Shown here: one piece after another, positions 40,196 through 50,862 of the stretch | Position numbering within the stretch: position 1 is the stretch's first letter | Layout of the letters: each line of letters opens with the position of its first letter | Source: Bacteroidales bacterium | GTDB taxonomy: Bacteria > Bacteroidota > Bacteroidia > Bacteroidales > Muribaculaceae | Reading direction: 5' to 3' | Length of the DNA stretch: 64,000 nucleotides | Assembly: GCA_014800815.1 (NCBI GenBank) | Contig: JAAVFI010000008.1 | Span: forward strand, 225-64,224 | The notes under the pieces: model-generated | What the model saw: only the letters and a program-made list of their open reading frames with translations | What the model was told of the DNA's origin: nothing | The model's database searches: none | Made by a program: the position numbers and the translations under genes

Positions 40196-42655
40196 CTACA
40201 CGGGGTCTACGTCGTAGTATACGGTGAGGCCGCGCATCAGCGGCGATGCCACAAGGTCGGTATATCGGCGGCGGAGTATCTCTTTCACTTTCGTCATCGA
40301 GGCTTCGCGCTCCATTTTCAGCATTATTTTGCGTATATACATACCCTGCACACGGCTCACTCCGGGCTCTTGTGGAGGCGAGACGCGACTGCCGAACACT
40401 TCGCGAAGCGATGCCGCAAATCGTGAGGCACATTCGGCCACGGTAGATGCGTCGCGGTGCTTCAGGTATATGTTGATGATACGCGTGAACGGAGGGAAAC
40501 CGAACGCACGGCGCTGCTCGAGTTCGTAACGGTAGAACCCGTCGTAGTCGTGACGCGATGCGAAATTGAGAATGGGCGAGGATGTGTTGTATGTCTGGAT
40601 TACGACGCGTCCGTTGCCGTCGCGACGTCCCGCACGCCCCGACACCTGCTCTATCATATTGAACGCCCGTTCGGCCGAACGGAAGTCGGGGAAGTTGATC
40701 AGAGAGTCGCCGTTGAGTACGCCCACCACATCCACATCGCCGAAGTCGAGACCCTTCGTCACCATTTGTGTACCCACGAGGATATCCGCTCTGTGTGCCG
40801 AGAAATCGTCGATTATCTTGCTGTATCCTTCCTTGTTGCGGGTGGTGTCGAGGTCCATGCGCAGCACTTTGCGGTCGCGGAAATTTTCGCTGATTTCCTC
40901 CTCGAGACGCTCCGTGCCATAGCCTAAAATCTCTATAGCCGGCTCTTTACACTCGGGGCATACTTCGGGCACGGGATATTCCTTGCCGCAGTAGTGGCAC
41001 ACGAGGCGGTGAGTGCGTCGGTGGTATGTGAGCGACACGTCGCAGAAGTCGCATTTGGGCGTGAAAGCGCACATCTTGCATCGTGCAACGGGTGCGTAGC
41101 CGCGTCGGTTGTGGAAGAAAATGGCCTGCCGTCCTTTATTCACAGCGTTGAGAGTCACGTCGAGCAGGCGGTGCGAGAAGTAGCCCGCAACGGCTTTGCC
41201 GGCACGGTGCGCCTTCATGTCCACTATCTCGATCTGAGGCAATGTGGCACCCCCGAAGCGCTCCGAGAGAGTGACGAGTCCGAATTTCCCGCTCTCGGCC
41301 TTGAAGTAAGTTTCGACAGTCGGCGTCGCACTTCCGAAGAGTGTCTTGGCACCGTGAATTGCTGCAAGCACGGCGGCGGCATCGCGGCCGTTGTAGCGCG
41401 GAGCGGGGTCGTACTGTTTGTAGCTTGCCTCATGCTCTTCGTCAACTATCACAAGTCCGAGGCGCGAGAAGGGCAGGAATACTGCCGAGCGGGCGCCGAT
41501 AACCACACAAGGTTCGTCGCTCTCGGCCAGCCGTCGCCACATATCCACTCGCTCGTTATCTGAAAACTTCGAGTGGTATATTATCACCTTGTCGCCGAAT
41601 ACGCGCTGCAGGCGACGTGTGAGCTGCGTGGTGAGGGCTATTTCAGGTACGAGAAATAGTGCCTGACGGCCTTGGCGAAGCACATATTCTATGAGGTGGA
41701 TATAAATTTCGGTCTTTCCCGAACCTGTTATGCCGTGCAGAAGCACGATATCTTTTTCGATAAACGATTTGTGAATGTCGTCGAGGGCGCGGTTCTGAGC
41801 CGGAGAGAGGGTAGGTAGGGTACCTGTCGCACTGCCAGTATACGAAAACCGCGATATCTCCTTTTTATATATAGTGCATATGCCCTTGTCGGCAAGAGCT
41901 TTGATGATGCTCCTTGTCACGCCGGCCTTCTCGGCAAGCACTTCGAGCGGCACCTCGGTGGCAGGCGCGTCCTGCCGATAGAATCCCGACAAGGCGACGA
42001 GTGCCGTAAGAGCCTCCTCCTGCTTGGGCGAGCGGCGCACGGCGGCAAAAGCCGCGTCGAGAGCCGCGCGGTCGCCCTTTGGAGCGCATACCGCCACATA
42101 TTCTTTTTTTACGGCGCGGTATCGCTCGACGAGTTTTTCGCTTACGCACAGCAGCCCTTTGTCTATCAGTCGGCTTACAACCACGCTTTTCACCCCCGTT
42201 TTGGCGGTGACAGCGTCGGCGGCAACGCTTCCTTCGCGCCTTACGAAGTCGAGCACGGCGATTTCGTCGCCCGAACATTCGCCGAATGCGTCCGCTTCAA
42301 GGTCGGGCGCTATCATCAGTCGCGTCTCGCTCTCTATCTTGAGGCCGGCGGGAAGAGCAGCCTTGTACACTTCGCCCGGTGAGCAGAGGTAGTAGTCAGC
42401 CACCCACTGCCAGAATCGCAGCTGAGATTGTCGCACTATCGGTTTGGCGTCGAGCACCGAACTTATCTCCTTGAGATTGAAAGCCTCCTCGGGGCGGACG
42501 TTACTAACGCTCTCCACTATTCCGGTGTAGAAATGCTTCTTGCCGAAAGGCACTATAACTCTTACACCTGCTTTGACAGCGGGTGCGAGAGCCTGCGGAA
42601 CTATATAAGTGAAAAGGCCGTGCAGGGGCAGAGGGAGGATGATGCGGGCGTACAC
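40196..42655 (-). CDS. priA: Primosomal protein N'
   Basis: LLHGITGSGKTE, VDEEHE.SYKQ, NRRGY, CxxC zinc motifs, GTQMVTKGLDF, QVSGRAGR. Confidence 0.97.
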   Translation of the reverse strand: MYARIILPLPLHGLFTYIVPQALAPAVKAGVRVIVPFGKKHFYTGIVESVSNVRPEEAFNLKEISSVLDAKPIVRQSQLRFWQWVADYYLCSPGEVYKAALPAGLKIESETRLMIAPDLEADAFGECSGDEIAVLDFVRREGSVAADAVTAKTGVKSVVVSRLIDKGLLCVSEKLVERYRAVKKEYVAVCAPKGDRAALDAAFAAVRRSPKQEEALTALVALSGFYRQDAPATEVPLEVLAEKAGVTRSIIKALADKGICTIYKKEISRFSYTGSATGTLPTLSPAQNRALDDIHKSFIEKDIVLLHGITGSGKTEIYIHLIEYVLRQGRQALFLVPEIALTTQLTRRLQRVFGDKVIIYHSKFSDNERVDMWRRLAESDEPCVVIGARSAVFLPFSRLGLVIVDEEHEASYKQYDPAPRYNGRDAAAVLAAIHGAKTLFGSATPTVETYFKAESGKFGLVTLSERFGGATLPQIEIVDMKAHRAGKAVAGYFSHRLLDVTLNAVNKGRQAIFFHNRRGYAPVARCKMCAFTPKCDFCDVSLTYHRRTHRLVCHYCGKEYPVPEVCPECKEPAIEILGYGTERLEEEISENFRDRKVLRMDLDTTRNKEGYSKIIDDFSAHRADILVGTQMVTKGLDFGDVDVVGVLNGDSLINFPDFRSAERAFNMIEQVSGRAGRRDGNGRVVIQTYNTSSPILNFASRHDYDGFYRYELEQRRAFGFPPFTRIINIYLKHRDASTVAECASRFAASLREVFGSRVSPPQEPGVSRVQGMYIRKIMLKMEREASMTKVKEILRRRYTDLVASPLMRGLTVYYDVDPV

Positions 42656-42675
42656 GATGAATGGCAGTTTATGTT

Positions 42676-42710
42676 AAAAGCGGCTATTCCGCAATTGGGA
42701 TAGCCGCTTT
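42676..42710 (-). terminator. Terminator after tRNA-His
   Basis: aaagcggctat.cc...gg.atagccgcttt stem with U-tract on minus. Confidence 0.75.
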
Positions 42711-42711
42711 C

Positions 42712-42789
42712 TGGGGTGCTTAGTGGGATTCGAACCCACGACCTTCGGAACCACAATCCGACATTCTAACCAGCTGAACTATAAGCACC
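42712..42789 (-). tRNA. tRNA-His (anticodon GTG), with G-1 and encoded CCA
   Basis: GGTGCTTATAGTTCAGCTGGTTAGAATG-TCGGA-TTGTGGT-TCCGA-AGGTCGTGGGTTCGAATCCCACTAAGCACCCCA. Confidence 0.96.
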
Positions 42790-42910
42790 ATTTTTCAAAG
42801 GCACTGCAAAGGTACGCACTTTTTTTGAATCTGCAAGCGTTTGAGCCATTTTTTTTCGGTCAAAGTGCATTTTTCTACTTTATGACAAAAAATATCGCTA
42901 ATTTTGCGCT

Positions 42911-43861
42911 ATGAAAATGCCTGAAAACCGTATTACGACGGGTCGCTTCGCTCCTTCGCCAACAGGGCGCATGCACCTCGGCAATGTATATTCTGCAGTA
43001 CTTTCCTGGCTCTCGGCGCGAAAATCGTCGGGCCGCTGGGTGCTTCGAATCGAAGACCTCGACCCGCAGCGCTCCAAAATTGAATATTCTCGCTTGATTG
43101 AAGACGACCTCCGCTGGCTCGGCCTCGACTGGGATGAGGGAGGCCTCGCCGACCTTGGTCCTTCGGGTCCGTATAGCCAGAGTCGCCGCGCCGATATATA
43201 TAATGAATGGTATGTCCGCCTTGAGACGCTCGGCCTGACTTACCGCTGCCGCTGTCGACGCTCCGACATCCTCGCCTCGCAGGCTCCGCACCAGTCCGAC
43301 GGGCGCGTGGTGTACGCCGGCACATGCCGCCCGTCGGCTGCGCCTCCGTTTCCGCGCCCGACCTCCGATGCCGGTTCGCTCCGCCTCTACGTCCCCGACC
43401 GCGACGTGGTATATACCGACCGAGTCTTCGGCGAGCAGTGTGTCAATCTCGCCCGCGATTGCGGCGACTTCATCCTCAGGCGCACCGACGGCGTATGGGC
43501 GTATCAGCTCGCCGTGGTGGTGGACGATGCCTGTATGGGTGTGACCGAAGTGGTGCGAGGCGCCGACCTACTTCTTTCTGCCGCCCAGCAGATATACCTC
43601 TACGGACTCTTCGGCCTCACGCCGCCCGAGCATGCCCACCTCCCGCTATTGTGCAACAGCAGCGGCCAACGCCTCTCCAAGCGCGACGGCGCTATGGCAA
43701 TGGACGCTCTCCGAAGCACACTGTCGCCCGAAGAAGTTCTCGGGCGAGTGGCATTCCTCGCGGGAGTCATTCCGCACGACGAGGCAATTTCGCTCGTCGA
43801 ACTCCTCCACGAATTTTCGTGGGATAAGATAGTGGACAAAACAAAAAGCACTCCGGCCTGA
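42911..43861 (+). CDS. gluQ: Glutamyl-Q tRNA(Asp) synthetase
   Basis: RFAPSPTGRMHLGN, RIEDLD..R, YQLAVVVDD, VRGADLL, RLSKRDG; no anticodon-binding domain (316 aa). Confidence 0.9.
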   Translation: MKMPENRITTGRFAPSPTGRMHLGNVYSAVLSWLSARKSSGRWVLRIEDLDPQRSKIEYSRLIEDDLRWLGLDWDEGGLADLGPSGPYSQSRRADIYNEWYVRLETLGLTYRCRCRRSDILASQAPHQSDGRVVYAGTCRPSAAPPFPRPTSDAGSLRLYVPDRDVVYTDRVFGEQCVNLARDCGDFILRRTDGVWAYQLAVVVDDACMGVTEVVRGADLLLSAAQQIYLYGLFGLTPPEHAHLPLLCNSSGQRLSKRDGAMAMDALRSTLSPEEVLGRVAFLAGVIPHDEAISLVELLHEFSWDKIVDKTKSTPA

Positions 43862-43876
43862 CAGATCGGGGTGCTT
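43846..43876 (-). terminator. Terminator between the convergent gluQ and dnaA
   Basis: aagcactccg..cggggtgctt stem; A-tract on the left. Confidence 0.6.
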
Positions 43877-43949
43877 AATAAGTTTGTTCCGGAATAAGAA
43901 TAGTAAGTCTTTTCATGACTTACATATAAGGTAGAAAAGATGTCGTTGA

Positions 43950-45368
43950 TCAACGGGCCGCAATAGCTGCCTCGATAGCCTCGATATCGGCCGAGAGTTT
44001 CTTCTCGGTGGCCAGACGGTCTTCGATATTGTTGCAGGCATATATTACGGTTGCGTGTGTGCGGTCGATTTTGTGGCCGATAGTAGTGAGGGGCATCTTG
44101 GCAATCTTCTTGGCAAGATACATCACCACCTGACGCGCATCCGAAACCTCGCGCTTGCGGGTTTTGGTAAACATGAGGTCGGGCTCGATATTGTAGTGAG
44201 CAGCCACGGCATCGGCAATCATCTCGAAGTTTACCTGCTTGCGGTTGATTTTTACCGCGTTGCTTATCACTCGGCGGGCAAGGTCGATAGATATCTCGCG
44301 ATTGAGTACGGTAGCGTGTGCTATGAGCGATACCATGATGCCCTCGAGCTCACGCACGGTGTTGGTTACGTTGGCTGCGATAAATTCTGCCACATCGTCG
44401 GGGAGCGAGATGCCTTCCTGTTCGGCCTTGAGACGAAGCACATCGCGTCGGAGGTCGATGTCAGGACGCTCGAGAGCTACCTGCATACCCCACTTGAAGC
44501 GGCTGAGCATACGCTCGTCGAAGCCCTCCATTTCGGCGGGCGAACGGTCGCTCGACAGAATGATCTGCTTGTCGAGCTGGCGCAGGTGATTGAAGATATG
44601 GAAGAAAGTATTCTGGGTGCTCGGAGAATTCTGGAGGTCCTGAATATCGTCGATGATAAGAGTATCAATCTTCTGATAGAAATTGAAGAAGTTGTTGATA
44701 GTCTTGAGCGACGCCGTGTACTGGCTCTGGAAGAGACGGGCCGTTACGTAGAGGACCTTGGCCTTCGGGTTGCGTTCCTTGATGCGGATACCGATAGCCT
44801 GTATCAGGTGAGTCTTGCCTACACCGGCGGGACCGAACACAAACAGAGGGTTGAAAGTCTTGAGGGTAGGGTTGTTACCGATAGCTTCACCGATAGAGCG
44901 TGCTATCTTGTTGCTGTCGCTGGCGCAGTAGTTCTCGAAAGTGTAGCGCGGGTTGAGCTGTGAGTCAAAGTCGTCGCCGCTGTCTTCAACGAAAGGATTG
45001 GCGGGCTTGGCTGTGCGCTGTGCGAGAATTGCTGGCGAGGGAGCGGCTGTCTTCTGTACACTTACCGAAGAGGGGTCGCTGCCGACGTTGCGATATGCGT
45101 AGAATATATTAATGTCGTCGCCGAACACTTTCTTGACGGCGGCGCGGAGCACGGGCTGAAAGCGCTCCTCGAGCATATCTACGAAGAACGAAGACTGCAC
45201 CATGAGCACAAGCTTTAGTGCCTCGGCATCAAACTCAAGAAGTGTGATGTCGCGGAACCAGGTGTCGAAGTGTGTGGGCGAGATGTTGTCCTTGATAAAG
45301 GCGCGACACTCTTCCCATTTTTCCAGGTGCGTTGCGTTCATAAATATTAAGGATTGTTTGTCGGCCAT
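43950..45368 (-). CDS. dnaA: Chromosomal replication initiator DnaA
   Basis: LNPRYTFENY, NPLFVFGPAGVGKTHL, DDIQ, RELEG, R.R.VSDARQVVMYL, DRTHATVIYA. Confidence 0.97.
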   Translation of the reverse strand: MADKQSLIFMNATHLEKWEECRAFIKDNISPTHFDTWFRDITLLEFDAEALKLVLMVQSSFFVDMLEERFQPVLRAAVKKVFGDDINIFYAYRNVGSDPSSVSVQKTAAPSPAILAQRTAKPANPFVEDSGDDFDSQLNPRYTFENYCASDSNKIARSIGEAIGNNPTLKTFNPLFVFGPAGVGKTHLIQAIGIRIKERNPKAKVLYVTARLFQSQYTASLKTINNFFNFYQKIDTLIIDDIQDLQNSPSTQNTFFHIFNHLRQLDKQIILSSDRSPAEMEGFDERMLSRFKWGMQVALERPDIDLRRDVLRLKAEQEGISLPDDVAEFIAANVTNTVRELEGIMVSLIAHATVLNREISIDLARRVISNAVKINRKQVNFEMIADAVAAHYNIEPDLMFTKTRKREVSDARQVVMYLAKKIAKMPLTTIGHKIDRTHATVIYACNNIEDRLATEKKLSADIEAIEAAIAAR

Positions 45369-45896
45369 GCCGATTTGCGGTTACAAAATTCGTTGAAAAA
45401 AATATGAAAATCAAGTGCCGAAAAATTTGGAAATTACATTTTATTTGCAATGTAGTTGTTTTCAGTGAGTTAGAGTATCTTCCGTTATTGCGTTATATCA
45501 ATACTTTAATAGGCGCACTGAAATTAATTATGTATCAATACAATAAGGCATATTTAAAGTACGAATTCAATCAACTCTGTTCTCAATCGCAAACTTAAAT
45601 TAATACTCTAAACATACGTCTGAGTACGTTTTAGCATTTTATCAACTATTTGGAATGATTTTAAATAAGCTTTTGGGTGTTCCCACCACTAATCACCCGA
45701 CGTCTTTCGACCGCGCAGGAATCCGTCTCTGTTAGAATACGTAAAAAGTAAGTATATTTAACTAAAAAAAGTTGATGAAAAAGCTTCGCCGTGTGCAAAA
45801 TATTCAGTAATTTTGTTCTTGATATTGGAGCTGTTTTAAGGCTCTGATATAATACCCTGAAATTCAACAAATTAATTATATAGGACGACTATTCTA

Positions 45897-47870
45897 ATGA
45901 GAAACAACTTAAGCAGCCAGATTAAACTGGACAGGATTCCGCGCCGATATTACAACCCGGACAGCGAAATCGAACTCGCCACTATCCGGCGGGAAGAAAA
46001 GATTGATACGCGTGTCTACGAGACTGCCGCTGACGGTGCCGACTTCATCGCCTCGGAAATCGTTCGCTACATTCAGCGTTATCTCGGCCTCAACGGCAAG
46101 TGTGTGCTTGCCCTCGGTGCCGGAGACAGCACTTTCGGTGTGTATGCGAGCCTTATCCGCCTCTACAACGAGGGTAAGGTAGACTTCTCGAATGTAATAG
46201 TGTACAATATCTCGGAGTTCTTCCCCCTCGTGCCCGACGGACCTTCTACTCTTGCCCGTCTGACAGAGATTTTCCTCCGTCACGTAAATATTAAACCCGA
46301 GAACATTCGCTCGTTCAATCCTGCAGTAACAAAAGAAAGTATGTATGAGTACTGCCAGGCCTACGAGCAGTCTATCGCCGACGAAGGCGGTATCGACGTT
46401 GCCCTCTGCGAAGTGGCAAGCAACGGTGCTATCGCTTTCAACGAACCCGGTACTCTCGCTTCCAGCTACTGCCGCCTCGTTCTTCTCGGCAGCGAAGCCC
46501 GTCACCGCGTTAGCAAGAGCTACAAGACTGAGAATGTTCCCACCACAGCTATCACCCTCGGTATAGCAAATATCGCTTCTGCTCGCCGTGTGCTCACTAT
46601 GGCATGGGGCGAAAACAGCGCCGAAATCATCCGTCGCGCTGTCGAAGAGCCCAGCAGCACTGCAGTGCCCGCATCGCTCCTCCAGGGTCACCCCCACGTG
46701 AAACTCATCACCGACCTCAATGGTGCTGAAGACCTCACACGTATCTCTCACCCTTGGATCGTAACCTCTTGCGAGTGGAACAACAAGCTCATCCGCCGTG
46801 CTATCGTATGGCTCAGCCAGAAGACATCCAAGCCTATCCTCAAACTCACCGATAAGGACTATAACGACTGGGGTCTCGGCGAACTCCTCGCACTCTACGG
46901 TTCTGCCTACAACGTCAACATCAAGGTGTTCAACGACCTCCAGCACACTATCACCGGCTGGCCCGGCGGCAAACCCAATGCCGACGACACCGACCGTCCC
47001 GAGCGTGCAACTCCCTATCCCAAGCGCGTCATCGTATTCTCTCCCCACCCCGACGACGACGTAATCTCGATGGGCGGTACACTCCAGCGCCTCGTCGACC
47101 AGCACCACGACGTACACGTTGCCTACGAAACATCAGGCAATATCGCAGTGGGCGACGAAGATATGATGCGTTACTTCCTCATGATGGACAAAATCGCTCC
47201 TATCTTCGGCTTCGAAAAAGGCTACGACAAACTCTCTAAGGAGGTGCGTGAATTCGTCGCCAAGAAGAAATCCGGCGACATGGACAGCTCCGATATCCGC
47301 GAAATCAAGACCATGATTCGTCAGGCCGAAGCTACTATCGCCTGCAACTATATCGGTGTCAAGCCCGACCACATCCACTTCCTCCGTCTTCCCTTCTACG
47401 AGACCGGCGCTATTAAGAAAGGTGAACTCACACAGAAAGACGTCGATATCGTTAAGCGACTTCTCGAAGAGGTTAAGCCTCATCAGATTTTCGTCGCCGG
47501 CGACCTTGCCGACCCCCACGGAACTCACAAGGTATGTACCGATGCCGTACTCGCCGCTGTCGACGAACTCAAGAACGAACCCTGGATGGCCGACTGCCGT
47601 ATCTGGATGTATCGTGGAGCATGGGCAGAATGGGAAATCGACCACATCGAAATGGCTGTGCCCATCAGCCCCGAAGAGCTTCGCTCTAAGCGTAACTCTA
47701 TCCTCAAGCACCAGAGCCAGATGGAAAATGCGCCCTTCCTCGGCGACGACGACCGTCTTTTCTGGCAGCGTGCCGAAGAGCGCAACCGCGCTACAGCACG
47801 TCTCTACGAGGATCTCGGCCTTGCTTCCTACGAAGCTATGGAGGCTTTCGTAGAGTATAAGCCCCTCTGA
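45897..47870 (+). CDS. NagB-like domain (degenerate) fused to a PIG-L/LmbE deacetylase domain
   Basis: NagB fold (IAFNEPG) with NISEFFP and NGAIAFNEP; C-terminal FSPHPDDDVISMGG and DPHGTH. Confidence 0.88.
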   Translation: MRNNLSSQIKLDRIPRRYYNPDSEIELATIRREEKIDTRVYETAADGADFIASEIVRYIQRYLGLNGKCVLALGAGDSTFGVYASLIRLYNEGKVDFSNVIVYNISEFFPLVPDGPSTLARLTEIFLRHVNIKPENIRSFNPAVTKESMYEYCQAYEQSIADEGGIDVALCEVASNGAIAFNEPGTLASSYCRLVLLGSEARHRVSKSYKTENVPTTAITLGIANIASARRVLTMAWGENSAEIIRRAVEEPSSTAVPASLLQGHPHVKLITDLNGAEDLTRISHPWIVTSCEWNNKLIRRAIVWLSQKTSKPILKLTDKDYNDWGLGELLALYGSAYNVNIKVFNDLQHTITGWPGGKPNADDTDRPERATPYPKRVIVFSPHPDDDVISMGGTLQRLVDQHHDVHVAYETSGNIAVGDEDMMRYFLMMDKIAPIFGFEKGYDKLSKEVREFVAKKKSGDMDSSDIREIKTMIRQAEATIACNYIGVKPDHIHFLRLPFYETGAIKKGELTQKDVDIVKRLLEEVKPHQIFVAGDLADPHGTHKVCTDAVLAAVDELKNEPWMADCRIWMYRGAWAEWEIDHIEMAVPISPEELRSKRNSILKHQSQMENAPFLGDDDRLFWQRAEERNRATARLYEDLGLASYEAMEAFVEYKPL

Positions 47871-47891
47871 TAAGTAAGTAATACAGCATAT

Positions 47892-47928
47892 ATGCGGTCG
47901 CACGACATTTTCGTTCGTGCGGCCGCAT
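47892..47928 (+). terminator. Terminator after the nagB-like gene
   Basis: atgcggtcgcacga..tcgtgcggccgcat stem. Confidence 0.65.
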
Positions 47929-47995
47929 TCTTATATTATGTTTGTCAGGTTGAGAAATAATTAGTACCTTTGTGCAATTTATTTTAAAAGTAAAA

Positions 47996-48538
47996 ATGAA
48001 AGAAGTCACTTACGAGGGTTTAACTTTTGAGCCCTACATATTGAAGTCTGATATAGCCTCCAGAGTAGAAGAACTCGGCAAGGAGATTGTGCGCGACTGC
48101 GCCGGTAAAATGCCTCTGTTTGTGTGTGTGCTCAACGGGGCATTTCCTTTTGCAAGCGACCTCTTCCGTGCTGTAGAGACTATTGATGCCGAAATCGCAT
48201 TTATCCGTCTCAAAAGCTATGAGGGAACTTCCACTTCGGGCAACGTCAAAGAAGTGCTCGGCCTCACCGACAGCATCGAAGGTCGTACCGTCATTGTCGT
48301 CGAAGATATCGTAGACACCGGCAACACTATCTACAGCCTCGTCGAAGACCTGAAGAAAAAGAATCCTGCCGAAATCAAAATCGCCACTCTTCTCTTCAAG
48401 CCCGATGCACTCGTGCGTCCGGTTACGCCCGACTATGTAGGCTTCAACATCCCCACGAAATTTATTATTGGCTACGGTCTCGACCTCAACGGTAAAGCCC
48501 GCAACCTCAATGATATATACATCCTGAAAGAACAATGA
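47996..48538 (+). CDS. hpt: Hypoxanthine phosphoribosyltransferase
   Basis: [32 protein letters not shown]; ATG 47996 lies after the TACCTTTG promoter (47965-47972). Confidence 0.95.
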   Translation: MKEVTYEGLTFEPYILKSDIASRVEELGKEIVRDCAGKMPLFVCVLNGAFPFASDLFRAVETIDAEIAFIRLKSYEGTSTSGNVKEVLGLTDSIEGRTVIVVEDIVDTGNTIYSLVEDLKKKNPAEIKIATLLFKPDALVRPVTPDYVGFNIPTKFIIGYGLDLNGKARNLNDIYILKEQ

Positions 48539-49104
48539 ATATAGTTATTTTCGGTGCCCCCGGAAGTGGTAAGGGTACACAGAGCGAAAAGATTATCGAC
48601 CGTTACGGTTTGCATCACATCTCTACAGGCGAGCTCCTCCGCAAGCACATCGCTGAAGGTACAAAGATTGGTAAGGTTGCCGACGAATTCATCTCCAAGG
48701 GCCTTCTCATCCCTGATCAGCTCATGATCGACATCCTCGCCGACCTCTTCCACAACGATGCTACACTCATTGAAAAAGGTGTTATCTTCGACGGTTTCCC
48801 CCGCACCGTACCCCAGGCCGAAGCTCTTGCCGATCTTCTCAAAGAATTCGGCACAGGCGTCGATGCCGTTGTAGGTCTTGAAGTAGAAGAAGACGAGCTC
48901 ATCAACCGTATGCTCGAGCGTGGCAAGACATCAGGCCGTGCCGACGATAATATCGACACTATCCGCAAGCGTCTCGAAGTATATCATAGCCAGACTTCGC
49001 CCCTCAAAGACTACTACACAGAGCGTGGCCAGTATCGTAAAATCGACGGCAACCGCACTGTAGAAGAGATTTTCACCGATATTTCTAAAGAACTCGACCG
49101 CTGA
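48535..49104 (+). CDS. adk: Adenylate kinase (short LID)
   Basis: [35 protein letters not shown]. Confidence 0.96.
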   Translation: MNIVIFGAPGSGKGTQSEKIIDRYGLHHISTGELLRKHIAEGTKIGKVADEFISKGLLIPDQLMIDILADLFHNDATLIEKGVIFDGFPRTVPQAEALADLLKEFGTGVDAVVGLEVEEDELINRMLERGKTSGRADDNIDTIRKRLEVYHSQTSPLKDYYTERGQYRKIDGNRTVEEIFTDISKELDR

Positions 49105-49107
49105 TAA

Positions 49108-50850
49108 TTGTATAATTTCGAAGCACCATACTGCGACCCGCCGTATAACGACCTTATGGCGGTATACGCCGGGTCTTTTGCCGACAACCATGCGTTGCCG
49201 GCTCTTACTGATTATATATCCGGAAGGACGCTCACCTATCTCGATGTTGCACGCCGCATAGCACGTCTGCATCTGTTCTTCGAACTGGCGGGCATTAAGC
49301 GAGGCGATAAGATAGCCTTGCTCGGAAAGAACACACCCAACTGGGTGATAACTTTCATGGGCACCATTACTTACGGTGCTGTCATCGTACCCGTTCTTCC
49401 CGACTTCAATCCCTCTGATGCCGAAAATATCATCGACCATTCCGATGCTGTAGCACTCTTTGTGGCCGACGATATCTACAGTCATCTCAATTTTGAGGCT
49501 ATGCCCAAACTCAGGGTAGTGGTTTCGCTTGTAAGCCGCACTGTACTCGCCGAGCGCGAAGTGCCCCGCGAAGAAGGCAAGCGCCGCCCCGTATCGCATC
49601 GTTCGATTGTAGTCAACCTCACACGCCGCCTCAAAGAGCGTTATCCCGAAGGGTTCGCACCCTCCGACATCACCTACCGCTCAATTCCCGGAGGCAGTGT
49701 CGCCGTTATCAACTACACTTCCGGCACCACCGGTTTCTCCAAGGGCGTAATGCTCACCATCGACAATCTCAGAGGAAATGTAGTGTTCGGCATACGCTCC
49801 AAGCTCCACTATCAGGGCTCGCGTGCATTGTCGTTCCTGCCGCTGTCTCATGCCTACGGCTGCGCTTTCGACATGCTCGTGCCGCTCGCCGTAGGTTCGC
49901 ACATAACATTGCTCGGCAAGACGCCCACACCTCAGATTCTGCTCAAAGCCCTCAAGCAGGTGCGCCCGTCGCTCATTGCCTGTGTGCCGCTCATCCTTGA
50001 GAAGATATACCGCAAGGTAGTCGTGCCCCTCATCACGCGCAAACCCATACGTTGGGTACTCGCCGTACCGATGCTCGACAAGGCTATCTACAGCATGATA
50101 CGCACCAAACTCGTAGATGCTTTCGGTGGCTCCTTCGAGGAAGTTATCGTGGGTGGCGCAGCCCTCAACTATGAAGTAGAGGAGTTCCTGCACAAAATTC
50201 ACTTCCCCTTGACCGTAGGTTATGGTATGACAGAGTGCGGCCCGCTCATCAGCTACTCGCCGTGGCGCCGCTTTGCGCTCGGTTCGTCAGGCCGTACGCT
50301 CAACCATATCATGGAAGCGAAGATAGTTCCCGACAGCTCGCTCGGATTGTCGCCCGAAGGTACCCCTCAGGGCGAAATCGTGGTACGCGGACTCAACGTC
50401 ATGGCCGGATACTACAAGAATCCCGAGGCTACCGAGGCAGTTCTCGAACCCGACGGCTGGTTGCATACAGGCGATATGGGTTGGCTCGGCGCCCCCAACA
50501 GCCGCACGGTGTATATCCGTGGCCGCTATAAGACTATGATTCTTACAGCCAACGGCCAGAATATATATCCTGAGGAGATTGAGGCCAAGCTGAACAACAT
50601 GCCGTATGTCAACGAGTGTATCGTCATCGAGCGAGAGGGACGGCTTATAGCACTCTGTTTCCCCGAGGCCGACGAACTCGAGCGCGACGGCATAGACACT
50701 CCCGAGAAGCTCGCCGAGCTTATGGAGGCCAACCGTCGTAATCTCAACGCCCTCGTCGCTCCCTACGAGCAGGTGCAGTCCATTGAGATAGTGAACGAAG
50801 AATTTCAGAAAACTCCCAAGCGGTCTATCCGCCGATTCCTTTATAAATAA
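49108..50850 (+). CDS. Long-chain fatty acid-CoA ligase
   Basis: YTSGTTGFSKGVML, GYGMTE, LHTGDMG, GQNIYPEEIE. Confidence 0.93.
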   Translation: MYNFEAPYCDPPYNDLMAVYAGSFADNHALPALTDYISGRTLTYLDVARRIARLHLFFELAGIKRGDKIALLGKNTPNWVITFMGTITYGAVIVPVLPDFNPSDAENIIDHSDAVALFVADDIYSHLNFEAMPKLRVVVSLVSRTVLAEREVPREEGKRRPVSHRSIVVNLTRRLKERYPEGFAPSDITYRSIPGGSVAVINYTSGTTGFSKGVMLTIDNLRGNVVFGIRSKLHYQGSRALSFLPLSHAYGCAFDMLVPLAVGSHITLLGKTPTPQILLKALKQVRPSLIACVPLILEKIYRKVVVPLITRKPIRWVLAVPMLDKAIYSMIRTKLVDAFGGSFEEVIVGGAALNYEVEEFLHKIHFPLTVGYGMTECGPLISYSPWRRFALGSSGRTLNHIMEAKIVPDSSLGLSPEGTPQGEIVVRGLNVMAGYYKNPEATEAVLEPDGWLHTGDMGWLGAPNSRTVYIRGRYKTMILTANGQNIYPEEIEAKLNNMPYVNECIVIEREGRLIALCFPEADELERDGIDTPEKLAELMEANRRNLNALVAPYEQVQSIEIVNEEFQKTPKRSIRRFLYK

Positions 50851-50862
50851 ACTGTCAGGGAT

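Noticed and set aside
45369-45896. oriC in the AT-rich gap upstream of dnaA
   Set aside because: No good TTWTNCACA DnaA boxes found by eye (best, TTATCAACT, has 2 mismatches); dnaN is not adjacent
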